DNA from: Craspedostauros australis
Taxonomy: Eukaryota
Reading direction: 5' to 3'
DNA: 64,000 bases
Assembly (NCBI GenBank): GCA_030167865.1
Contig: JALAGF010001249.1
Coordinates: 1-64,000 of the forward strand
In this document: positions 46,920 to 58,769 of the stretch, piece after piece
How the letters are laid out: each line of letters opens with the position of its first letter
Numbering within the stretch: position 1 is the first letter of the stretch
The notes under the pieces: model-generated
What the model saw: only the letters and a program-made list of their open reading frames with translations
Database searches by the model: none
Told to the model about the DNA's origin: nothing
Program-made: the position numbers and the translations under genes

Positions 46920-47752
46920 TTATTGATATTGATAGATGAATTCGTTGGGATCAACTACGTATGTGCTGTTGATAAGTGTGTGTATGTGTGCTGATGTGAC
47001 TGCGAACGGATGATGTCTGCTTTCTCTGCAGAGTACGAATGCCAATGATACCTTTTGATGCAATGAGCCGTGATGTGTGTGTGCGTGTGTGTTCAGAACT
47101 CAATTGTGATTGCTATTCGATCCTCTTCGTTGCATCGATTGGCACAACTCGAGAGGGAGAGAGAGTCTTCCTTTCAAAACCTTGGCATCAACAACCACAA
47201 CGACACTGACAGCAACGGCGACACCCAACCAACACACACGTCCATCAGAAGTACAGGATACCCTCCCACGTCTCTCTGTTGCCGACGCACGAACAAGATC
47301 CGCTGTTCTTTGGCCATGGTCGATCCTTTGCCTTCACGTGGAAACGCACGCACCACACTTCAACTTTCCATGATCCGATTCAATGGAGTTGAATGACTCA
47401 TTCGACCGTGGAAAAGGCATCTTTTCTTGACAACAAACGAGAATGGAAACGAGAACAGGAATTGAACGCGAACGAGAACACATCACCAACCAAGATGCCG
47501 TCTTGGGAGATCATCGTGTTGGCGAACGTGCGCGGCGATTGAGGATGCTGCCTCATGCCGCACTCTCTGTATTCATACGATTCACTCTGACACTGATGCA
47601 TGCCTTGCAGCTCTTCACTTCACTTCACTTCATTTCGATTCAATCCAATCCAATCCAATCCAGTCAAGTCAAGTCATTTCATACGACCTATCGATCTCAA
47701 TCTCAATCTCATTCCGTACTCCAGGACTCTCAGATTCCAACAGAAGTCAATC

Positions 47753-48607
47753 ATGGACCATGAAGACCTCGTGATGGATCCTCTGGATACTGTGCACGTC
47801 TTCCCATCGACGAAGGCCACGGAGACCGAATGCGGGAATCGTATCAGCCTGCGCGAGTTCCTGCAGTCTTCCGACCTGAACGCAGGGCATTCCAAGGCGC
47901 CGTCGTGTCCGGACTCTCAAACTCCGATTGGCTGGGTCTGCGACGAGTTGGCAGTGCGTGCAGGTCACGTCAACACCCGCACAGACAATGCTGATGGCAT
48001 CGATGACCAGCCAGTGCCCGTTATCACGTTCCGATATGGCAAGGTGGTCTACAGTCTCTCTGTTAGGCCGGCGATAGCAGATGCAACGATATCAAACGAC
48101 GCTCCATCCTCTTGGCTGGCTTCGTTGCGAACGCGCGCCGCCGCTGTAGCTCATTCATTGTCGACTTCGATTTCAGACGTGAAAACCGACGAGTACACAG
48201 CGCAGCAAAGGATGGCGGATGCGTTGGACATGGATATTGCCAGAAGCTTCAAGATCTTGCATAAAGGCAAGATCCTCTTTCCTTCCTCCTCCAAAGACGA
48301 CGACTCGCAGCAAGTATCCCACCGCCTGCTGCAGCTGTCGCAGACGGAATGGAACCAACACCGACGATCCTGTTTCGTCGTCATGGGAACCCGCAGAGGC
48401 AATGAGCTGAAGCCACGGCAATCGTCGCAACCATCCTTGTTCAAGTCTCTGTTGGCCATCTTGCAGGTGTGGATCAAAGCGCCCGTCGCCACCACGAAGC
48501 ATGCCGTCATGGGGATGCTCAACATCCTCTACCTGTTTGGTTCAACCTTCGTGCCAAGGCCAGGGCAGCCGCAGTTGTCCAGTCATCGACATGACAAAGA
48601 TGATTGA
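47753..48607 (+). CDS. Hypothetical protein (~284 aa), possible divergent ubiquitin-like domain and hydrophobic C-terminus
   Basis: Intronless ORF from MDHEDL. Motifs ITFRYGKVVYSL, FKILHKGKIL, FVVMGT; apolar segment near the C-terminus. Confidence 0.6.
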   Translation: MDHEDLVMDPLDTVHVFPSTKATETECGNRISLREFLQSSDLNAGHSKAPSCPDSQTPIGWVCDELAVRAGHVNTRTDNADGIDDQPVPVITFRYGKVVYSLSVRPAIADATISNDAPSSWLASLRTRAAAVAHSLSTSISDVKTDEYTAQQRMADALDMDIARSFKILHKGKILFPSSSKDDDSQQVSHRLLQLSQTEWNQHRRSCFVVMGTRRGNELKPRQSSQPSLFKSLLAILQVWIKAPVATTKHAVMGMLNILYLFGSTFVPRPGQPQLSSHRHDKDD

Positions 48608-48936
48608 GTTGCTGCCTGGAGCGTCTCGACAACTATATGTAATATTGTCGGGGATGCTCTGCTATAACGACCTATGGCTGACGATTGCCAACAATATGAT
48701 GTTGTCATTACTTAACACCAGAGCAACGATTCATCCATGGTTTCTGTCTCATACAAAACACAATCTGAATCTGCAATGCGTTGCACAATGAAGCAATCTA
48801 GTGAGATTCTTTCTGCATGGTGTTCTAACTGTTGGCGCTTCTGTCTTCGCCTTTAATCTATTCCTTCGCTCTGCACGTCTTCGTGTCTCCAAGCCCAGCG
48901 TTGTTCCTGTGCGGACACGTGTTGAGTCGACATCAC

Positions 48937-51412
48937 CTAATGAACCTGCGCTCTGCGTCCAGACCGCATGCGCCGCGCCGATGGACCCCGGGCCAGACCG
49001 CGTTGTGCATGCTTCCTGGATTCGGAAGACGATGCCTTCTGCGCCTCGTCGCCGTCTTCGTGGTGCACGTCGTCCGAGTTTTCCGATTCATCCGTCATGG
49101 CGCCTGTCGTGTCCGTGGCTGCCGAGTCGATGCTCTTGTTGTTGTGCGTCGCGAGGCGGCGCGATGACAAACCCCGCGCGGATGCCTGGCGCATCATGTG
49201 ACGGCGGCTGATGGGGCGCACGGGATTGCCGTTTCCAGCCTTGCGCCGTTGCGTCTTGGGTGACTCATCGTCGTCGTCATTGTGCGATTCGGCATTGTAG
49301 TTCATGCTGCCGTTGCTGCTGTTGTGGTCCTCGAAACTCTGGATGCTACTGCTGCTGTTGTTGCGGAATGACCTTGGTCGCTGCGAGTCGGCGCCTCTCA
49401 TCCTGGAGCTGCGCGTGCGTGGTTGCATGCCGCGACGGACCTTCGGGGCACCGTTGGCCCGGTCGTTGGACAGGTGGCCTTCGTCTTCGCTGCCGCTTCT
49501 GCCGTCCATGAGCGATCCTTCTTCGCTGCTGTTCGATTGCGAGGAATGTGTACGAGCCACGCCCATACGTCCTTGCGTGGCACGTCCGCGTCGTCCTGGT
49601 CGCGATGAACCTCCTCCTGCTCCCATGTTGAGCGAACGGGCGCTGCTGGGCGCCACAACGTTGCCGGCGCCATCGTCATCGAAGGAGAAGTCGTTGAGGT
49701 CATCTTCATCAGATGATATCGACGTCAATGAGCGCGATGATGATCCGCCCGACATGTGATTGCTGTCGCCGTGATTGCTGCTGCCAGTGGTGCTCGTGGC
49801 ACCGACGGAACCACGCCTTGGCGCGCGTCGTCGTCTTCCTGCAGCGCCTCCCGACGCAGCCGCACCACCCTGGTGCTCCACCGATTTGGCGGGCTTGCCC
49901 AAGCCTCTGGCAGATGGCGGTCTGGAAGGCGCCAGATCCTCATCCTGCGGCGCCTCGTTCGTGACGGCCGGTTGCGGCGCACCGATGGAGGAACGTCGTG
50001 CCGCGCGGCGACGCGCCGCAACGCCCTGTGTTGGCTGCTGGTCTTCCTCCACCTTTGCCGAAGCTGCCGCATTCGCCATGTCCATGATGCCGCTCTGGTT
50101 GGATCCCATGCGGCTGACGCCACGATGCGGCATCGACCCGGTCATGGAGCCGCGTCGCATCGACCTTTGCCGCATCATGCCCGGGCGTGCGCCGCGGGCT
50201 GGAGCATCGTGGTGCTCGTTGTCGTCGGCTGGCGCATGCCTGGACGATCCCATCAGGGAACCTCTGCGTCCTTGACGGCGCATGCCGTGCGCGGGTGCCG
50301 CGTTCTGATGACCATCATCCGCCATGATGTTGCGTGCGGACATGCGCCGTGACATGACCCTGCCCATTCTGGGCCGCGCATCCGCAGCAGGTGCGGGGAC
50401 TTTGGTGCCATCGTTGGGATCGCCGTCATCCAATCCGCCGCCCAGCGGAAGGGTGTAATCCTCCGCGCCGTCATCGTTGCTGTTGCCTGCTGCTGCAGCA
50501 GCACCAAGTCGGCGTGCCGATCTGGATTTGAGGGTGGATGCCGTGTCGGACGATGACGCCTTGAGTGCGAAGCCTCCGAAGGAAGCGGACTTTCCACCGA
50601 GCTTCTTCATGATGGATTCGCTGAACCAATCCCGTTCGACGTATTTGCTGACGATGAACTCGTCGCGTTCTGGACGCTCCGACTTGGAGTTCGGACGAGG
50701 CGTGTTGAATGTGAACTTGGCCTCCCATGCTCCGTTGACCTTCTTGTTGCATCCTCTTTCCATGGCCATGACATCTTCCTCGCTCCCTGTATTTCATTGT
50801 GTTCAATCGAGTATAGTTGCATTCAATGCATGGCGTTCAATTGAGCATAGTGGAAAAGGAATACGCAGGCACGAAGATCCCAAAAGACATGAGGCAGAAT
50901 GTGAACCGATGGCACATTGAGCGGCCCAATGGCAGTGTGGAGTCAGTGGGGTGTGAAGCCAGTGGGATGTGGAGATGGCAAAAGTTAGTCTGGCGCTCTC
51001 TTGTTTTGCACAGGCGACGCACACATCCATCCAACATGATAAATCCCAATGTGGCAATCATGACCTTCACATGTGCGGCATGGAGATTGCGAAAGCAGCC
51101 GATCTCCATTCCACACGCCATCGCATCGGGACTCTCCTCTGCACCGCCAAATGACTTACATTCCTCCATCCCCACTGTCTTGACACGACAGTTGGCCTTG
51201 TTGACGGACTTATGCGACTCGGCGCACGCATGGCAGATGAATGCACCGAAGGTCTCCTCCGCCCCTGGTGGTGCATTCAGGATGGTCGCCCAGCACGACG
51301 AGGTGTTGAGCGCTGCGGCGCAATCGCAGCACGATTGGTTTTCCGGTTTCTTGAACAGGGCATCCAAGCGGCGGCGCAGATCGCGGTATGCCGTGGCTGC
51401 TGGGTTGGACAT
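48937..51412 (-). CDS. Atypical ArfGAP-domain protein A (~700 aa; exons 51412-51160, 50786-48937)
   Basis: KPENQSCCDC..W..GAFICHACAESHK..RVKTV..EE|WSEEDVMAMERGCNKKVN..RDEFIVSKYVERDW. Intron GTAAGT..CAG is phase 1. Long disordered R/S-rich tail. Confidence 0.85.
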
Positions 51413-52822
51413 TGCGTTGCGACTGGTCTGCGCTTGATGCTATGTCCTTGATGCGGTGTCCTTGATGAAGATGTGGAGTTTGGCGAATGGCAATCGGTTG
51501 CCTCCGTCCTTCTGAAGTTCTTCGCTTGGTTCAATCAAGGAAAGTGCTTGAGATTGTGAAGTTGGCTGTCGAGTATGAGTATGAGTAGAGTCTATCTCTC
51601 GCTCTCTTTCTCTGCCTGCTGTCCTACGCGTTGCCGGTTGTTGGTGGTCTTGGGAGGTGTTTCGGACTCTCGTCTTTTTCGCTGCGGATGCCTGGCACAC
51701 GATGGTCTTGACAGTTGATTCTGATGTCTTGCTTGCTTTGTGAGATCTTTGCCAACAACAGCAACACTTTGATGTTCGATGGCTGGCCGTTGAAAGTGCA
51801 CAACGTCGAGTGTTTCACAAGACCGGATAGTGTGAGAAGAGTATGTGAGTGTGTTGGTCTTGCTGTTTGCATGCAGTTGTGATCTCTGCTCTCTTGCGCC
51901 TCTCTTTGCCGAACGGGATTGTGCCTCGCAAGTTGTGCACAAACGGTTGCAGAAAATTGGCTTGGTATCCTTTTGTGCCTCGTTGTACCTCGCTGTGTCT
52001 TGTTGCTTTTCTTTTCTTTCCTTTTTCCCTTTGGTTGTCCGTGTCGTGTGTTGTGCCTCCTGCCAGCGTTTTTGGCGTGTTGTGCCTCGCAGGGGATGTG
52101 TGCACGATAGTACTGCGAAGTACAGCACAGCGCTGTTCAAGTACTCCAAGTCACGCCGTGTGGGCAAGGAGGCTATTTGTGCAATGCCAGTCTCGCGTTC
52201 CACCGAACGAGTATCGTTTAGCGCCATGTGGGATTGTCCGGTGTTGTGATTTTCTCTTGCGCCTTCTTGTGTTCAGGGTGTGACCGATGTCCTTGCATCC
52301 AGCGTTCCCCGATGACTGCTGCGTCACCACGCTGTTCTTCTTGCGCGATTCGGGAGATTTCAGGAAGGGCTATTTCGTTTCGTGCGCTGGACAGACGGGA
52401 AAATATACCATCGTGCGACTGACAGACGATAGCGAGCAACTTTGTTGTTGTTCTTGATGACATCACAAAGTGACCAAACTAGGACACGCTTCATGCTCCG
52501 TCTCGCACACAGAAGACCAACAATGAGGTAGAAACAGGTTGAATAGGGCTTGCCCCATCTCGTCACGTCACATGTCTGCATTCTGCGCACTCACGGAAGG
52601 CAAGCATGGCTACTCATGTAATGCACTTCCATTCCTATCATAACTTGCATAATGCATATTGCAGGTACGGCAGAGCTCGTCGTCGTCTCGGCCATAGAGA
52701 GAGGTCTGCATGGTGCTCTACTGTTGAAGCGACCGTCTTCTACTCTCCCTCTCTTCCTCTTCCCAGACTGCTCTCCTTCCATATTTCTCTACCATGCTCC
52801 CACGCACCCCGCAGCACAGTAC

Positions 52823-55800
52823 CTAACCGAAAGGAACGTTCGGCAAGCTCTTCATGCTCGCTTTTTGGAAGCTGTAGTCAAAGTCATCGTCATCGTCGTC
52901 AAACTCGACGTCGTCGTGCATGTTCCTCATGCTGTGGCCAGCGCTGGCGCCGTTGCTCCTGCCGCCGGCTTTGCCCTTGCGCTTGGCGATGGGAGTCGAG
53001 ACCAGATTCTGCGACTCCGTGATGCCATCCAGCATCATGAATTGCTTCACGCGTTCTCGGTGCTCCTCCGTCTGCGATCGGAGGGAATTGTCTGCCGTGC
53101 CGCTGCGGGTGGAGCGATGCCGAGATGATGACGACGACGGCTTGCTACCCCGCTTCGACGAGCGGTGGCTCCTGGAGTGAGAATCGGTGCGGCGAAAGTC
53201 GTCGACGGAATGAATGTCCGAATCCATGCTCAGGATCGTGTGATCGTCCTGAAGGCTTGGGAACGTGGTGGGCAGGTCAGTGCGCGTTGCGTGCGTCTCC
53301 GATGTCGCTGGTAGGAAGTCGCTCAACGAACGTTGCTGCGACGCCTTCTTTCCATTCCCGATGACGCGTTTGCGACGGGGATTCAACGTGTCTGGCGTGC
53401 TCGCCACCGATTCATCGTAATTCACCAGCGAAGGCAGAGTGCTGGCATCGACACTGCCAACATCTTGTGATAGATCGTCCTCGTCACAATCGCCGACGCT
53501 GTTCGCGGTGCCTCTGTTGGTGCTGTTGACGCTGCCGCCGGATGCTGCCGTTTGCTGGATGAGCTCCGCCAGCTTCGCGGCAGCCTTCTGACGGATGTTG
53601 TCATCGAGCTGGATCACCTTGCCGTTCTTGTCCTTGATGCCGGTGGCCGACGGCCCCAGAAGATCATCCAGGAATGCGGTCATCGCGTTGGCCTGCTCGA
53701 TGGAGCTGATATTCATCTTCCTCATCATCTCGGTGCTTTCACCTGTCGACGAAGCAGCGCTTGCCACGGCCGGCGACGGAAGAACCGCCGTGATGGAGCC
53801 ATCATGGTAGTACATCTCGGAGCCAACGCTGGATGGCGACACGAACGACTCATCGCATCCCAGCGTTCTCGAATTGGTCGAGAAGTTCATGCTATCGTGA
53901 TTGACGTGCCGTTTCGGCGGTGCCGTGAGCGTGTCATTCGACAGCTCCTGCTTCCACCGATGGTCCGATGACGGGCTGCAGCTTCTGGAGTCCTTGTTCT
54001 TGATGCGTGGCTTGGTGGTCATCTTCTCGCGCTCATAGTCTGACATCATGGACATGGTGGCCCTGCGTGGTTCGTTACGACGGCGGCTGGACGCTTCTTT
54101 GATCGGCACGGTGTATGTCTGCATCGGGGACTCGGGGCTGTCGTCCCGCACGAACAGCTCCTTGCTGGATGCCGGCCTCTGGTGTTCATGCGCATTGCCA
54201 TCCCTGTTCTTGCTGCTGCTTCCGCTTGAGTTCTTCGCACCGTACGATGTGGGCTGCCCGTGAAAGGTCGCACGTCCCAGCGGGTCGTTCTTCTGCGCTC
54301 GTTTCTTCTTGGCCCGCTCCAATCTCGCCTTGTCCTCGTTCGTTATCAGGTTCCTCGACGATGATGGCGCCGTTGGGGGAGTGGGGGTGGCATGCGTGGT
54401 GGAAGTGTTGTTGCCCGTGGAGGAACGACGCCGCTGTCTCGATCTTTCGCCTGCTCCCATATCCGACGACTCGACGCTGCTCGATGAGAAGATATCCTTC
54501 TTGGAACGTCTGGGATCAACGCTCTTTGGCTGTCCCGTCTGGTGCGAAGAGGATCGGCTTGATTGTCGAAAGGTTCGGGCGGATTGGGGTCGTTGGTTCT
54601 CGTACTTTTCGCTCTCATCGTAGAACACCGTGGGTGATCCGCTTCGGCTTCTCGTGTTGCGCGCTCTGGAGGCAGGTGGAGATGAGGACGATGACGACCT
54701 CTGCTTCGTTGGGAGGTTGGACATGGATGCGCGTCGGCGTGACTTGAATTCGGTCTCGTCTTGTTCGATATCCCCGCCGCCGCCTCCGTCGTCGTACTCG
54801 TCATACAGGTAGTACTTGTCGAGCTTGCGGTTGCTGGACTTTCTGGTGAGGAGCTGCGATTCCTTGGATTTGCTGCGCTTCTTCTTGCTCGTGCCATGGT
54901 TCGACGATGATGATAACGATAACGGGACGGTGGCCTCATTCTTCATAGCATCTGCCGCGCTCTGCGTTGCGGGTTTTTGCGAGAAACTCTCCTCCGACCC
55001 GTTCAGGTACTCTTTATTTGAATCAAGGCCACCGTCAGAGGCCGGGCCATCCTCCCGGATGGTGGTCTGGTACGAGTCCTTGGACGCTGACTTCTTGCCG
55101 CTTGGGAAGCGTTTGGTGGCGAGTGAGAAGAGGCGCGAGATGGCGTTTTTGGATTTGTGCTTGCGAGGGGATGACATGTCATGGTGGGAGTACACCTCCT
55201 CTGTGAGTTCGCTGACTTCATCCTGGCTCGTGGTGTAGATGAGGGGACCCTTGTTCATCTCGTCGATGTGCTTTTGCAATTCGGATTCGTTGGCAGCAGC
55301 AGCAGCATTGGCGGCGGCATTCGTCGGTGGAGTGCCCTTTCGCATGTTTTGCTGCTGGTGCTGCCGATTCAGTCTGGTCTGTTTGGATCCCGATCCTCCA
55401 TGTCCCATGTGCTGCTGTCTCTGCTTTGACTGTTTCGGCTGCTGCCTCTGCGATTGGTCGTGCTGGGATGATGCTGCTGTTGTTGGTGCGGAGGGTGGCG
55501 GCGACGTTGGCGAGGATCTGTTCTTTTCGTTGCCGCCGGACGGCGTCGAAGATGATGAGGTGGCTGCCGTGGCCGCACCGCTCTTGTCCGAAGATGCCTT
55601 CTTGCGGATGGAGCGTGGTTTGGAAGTGGTGCTGGCTGTTGGCGTATTCGGCATGATCTGCACATCCCGTTTGCAAAACTTTCTGAGTTCGTACTTCTCC
55701 CGTATGAACTGCTCTCGCATGGACATGCCATCCGTCACAGACGGACGGTATTGGTCGTAGTAGTTGGAATTAAGGATGGATGCCTCGAAGTAGGCGTTGA

Positions 55801-57039
55801 CCACTTCGTTGCCTCCATTTTCCATCGCTAGAACATCTCGCTCCGTCACTGCAGATCGAACATGTGGAGACAGATGGAGTGGGACACATAGCGTTGCATT
55901 GCAATGCATTGCACGAATGAGTGTTGACGAATGGAATTGATTGGTTTGTTGCATCGGGGATTCCATTGTGAATGACCAAATGGCGATCATGTTCGAGAGG
56001 GGGTGATGGAGACGTTCGGTTGGCAATCAAATTGTGAGGATGGGGAAGCGAAAGAAGAAGCAGAAGATGATGCAAGTTGCGAAGACGGGGAGGTGAGAAC
56101 AAAGACAACAAAAGTGGAAGATGAGATTGGCTGCACGAGTAATAGAACGTCCGCGCTTGTGTTTGTGTTTGTGCTTGCGCACGCAATGGGATGATGTACA
56201 TGTACCATACTCGTGTGTACCAACAGTGACGACTTACTGTTGTCCAGACCGATACTTCTCACGAAGCAAATGTGCGTCCCCAGGGCCCTGTTTGTTGGCA
56301 GATCCGCATGTGCATGTGTGCGTGGGCATGAGCATTTATTGTTGTTGTGTTGTGTTGCATTGCGTTGTGTTTGGATGTTTGCGCGTATCCCATGGTCGAC
56401 GATTTGTCGAAGGGAATGCATGAATTTGGACACAGGATCGTGGTGATGAGTGATGATGCAACGATGATACAAAGGAGGTCAAGCATAAAGCAAAAGTGAT
56501 GAAAAAGGCATGGATGACAACAGAAAAGAGTATTGCGTGGAGTATTGTGTTGAGTATTGCGTCGAGTACGGATGTGCATGTTGACTTTCTGCATGTTATC
56601 TTCTGATGAGCACAGCATCCCAACAGCGAAAATGAAAAGCAGGCAATGGCAGACATCCTTCCACTGACAACCCCAAAGACAGCAGAAGACAGCATAAGAC
56701 AACAGAAGACAATGGGACAGGAATCGTCAATCACAGCATAACTTACCGGTGCGCAATGGCACATTGATAACAGCAAAAGGCCCCGACCTTGAGCTGCTGC
56801 TGCTGCGGTCCGTTGTCGACGACGATGATGGAGACCCACGTTGGTTTGGGGGCCGCGCAGTCGCAGCAGACTGGGTTGGCGTTCATTTGCACCTTGATGC
56901 GACGCGTGAGATCTCGTTTGTTGGCGGTATTGCCTCCTGCCTGGTCATTGGTGCTGGCATGGCCGTTGCCATTGGCATCGTGGCGATTCTGCGAGGATGA
57001 TGATGAAGAGGATTTCATGTTGTGATCTGGGATGCTCAT
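52823..57039 (-). CDS. Atypical ArfGAP-domain protein B (~1122 aa; exons 57039-56747, 56287-56238, 55848-52823)
   Basis: NPVCCDC..PTWVS..GAFCCYQCAIAHR|ALGTHICFVRSIGLDN|MTERDVLAMENGGNEVVN..REQFIREKYELRKF. Two GTAAGT..CAG introns flank a 50-nt internal exon. Confidence 0.87.
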
Positions 57040-57672
57040 GTTCTGCTTGATCGTCAGCGATGGATACTGTTTGTCTGCAGTTTCTGTTGGGTTCTGCAGT
57101 GTTTGTTATCTGCTTCTCTGTGTTCGAATTGAGTCGGCGAAGAAAGGATCGTCGCTCTCTCCAGCGGCTGGATGTGAACCCGAGTCAATGGCGGCAGTCG
57201 TCGTCAAAGGATTTGCTCCGCTGTGTTGTGTCCGTTCAATTCCGACAATGACGACGACGATGATGCCAAAGAGCAAGAGGATGCGCAAGTATGTCACCCT
57301 CTACGGAGAGAGTGTCAGAGAAACGTTGGGTCGGATGCTGCTCAAGCTCAAGCTCAAGCTCCAATTCAATCCTATTCAATTCCAGTCCAGCTCTGTCCGT
57401 TCCAACCTGTTCCTTTGTAACTTGCGAATATACCAGAAGACTTATGCTCCGGAATAGCGTGTGTCAGAGCAGAGCAGGGTTGCAGCTACGTTCTGTTGTT
57501 GCGTCGAGCCCTTCCGCTCCACGATGATGGTAGCGCGAGTTTGAAATGCTGTTGACACTGGTGCTCCTGCTGTTGCTGGGAATACTTCGGCGCTGCAAGC
57601 AAGACCTTGTGTCGTGCTGTTCCGTGTTCTGTCGCTTTGGTTGCCGCGTCAGTCTCTCTGATTCCTGCCTTT

Positions 57673-57718
57673 CTTGTTGCTGTCCTTGTTGCTGTCCTTG
57701 TTGCTGTCCTTGTTGCTG
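57673..57718. repeat. 12-bp tandem repeat (CTTGTTGCTGTC) ~3.8 copies
   Basis: Directly visible upstream of ArfGAP B. Confidence 0.88.
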
Positions 57719-58769
57719 CGGTCGTTCGTCGATGCCATGCACAGCGACAAGCAACAAACCAACAAACCAACCAACAAGCAAGGGAGGATGGTGTCAGCTC
57801 TGTGATGTCGTCAGAAGGGGCACAGCTCTTCCTGTCTGATGTTGACTCTCTCTGGGATGATGCTGTGTTCACTGTTTCGTTGTTTCTCTCTCCACTTGCT
57901 ATCTGTGACGCCACACGACGCCTGTTAGCGTTTGATGCGGTTCGTGGCGTGGCCTTTCGTTCTCGGTTCCTCACAAGTCTGTCCATCTGTACGTCTCTCT
58001 TCAAACGGTCATAATGAGTCATTCCTGTGACCAACACGAAATGTCCTGAGCATGTCTTGTTCGTCCAACGACTATCAATTAGGGCCATGTCGATGACTCC
58101 TTCACGAATGACAAGCCCAGCACGAATGCTTCAACTAACAAATAAGAGTGTCTAGACATGAATACGAAGATAGAATACGGATACAATAACACTCATGTCC
58201 CGAACTGTGATGTTGCGCCTGGTTTGGTGTCTCTCTCGTTCTGTCTCCTGGAATTGCGGAATAGTTGTGTGGAACTGACATCGCCATCTGCGAACGGAGA
58301 GCTGTGCCGTTCGGTTGAGCCTTGTGTCTCTTGCGCACCCTTGGGCACGATGGTGTTCTGCGAATCTGTTTCGCTTCGGCTCATTGGCCCGTCATGGAGA
58401 ATGGAACAAGGGGGGATGCAAAGTGGTCTCCGGGCTCTGTTGCGGCCATGAATCTTCACGAGCTGCTCGTGGCTATGCGGATGGTGGAGATTCACACCTG
58501 CTCCTCCCTAACTCGAAGACTCTCGAGATCAATTACATTGTTGGATATGCTAGGTGTATGTAGGAACGTGGTGTGGTTTATTGTACGTTACAGTCACGGT
58601 GCATTGGAAGTGAAAGGTGCCTCTTTGCAAGGAATGTTAATGTCTGTCTGCGTGTGCATGGTGCGTTTCTGTTTCGCTTCCTCCCCGCGTCAAGCAGTGT
58701 GAGTGTCTGTATGAGTGGTCTTCAGAGCGTTGGACAGCGCATTAGTGTAGTGTCGATGAAGCTCAACCT

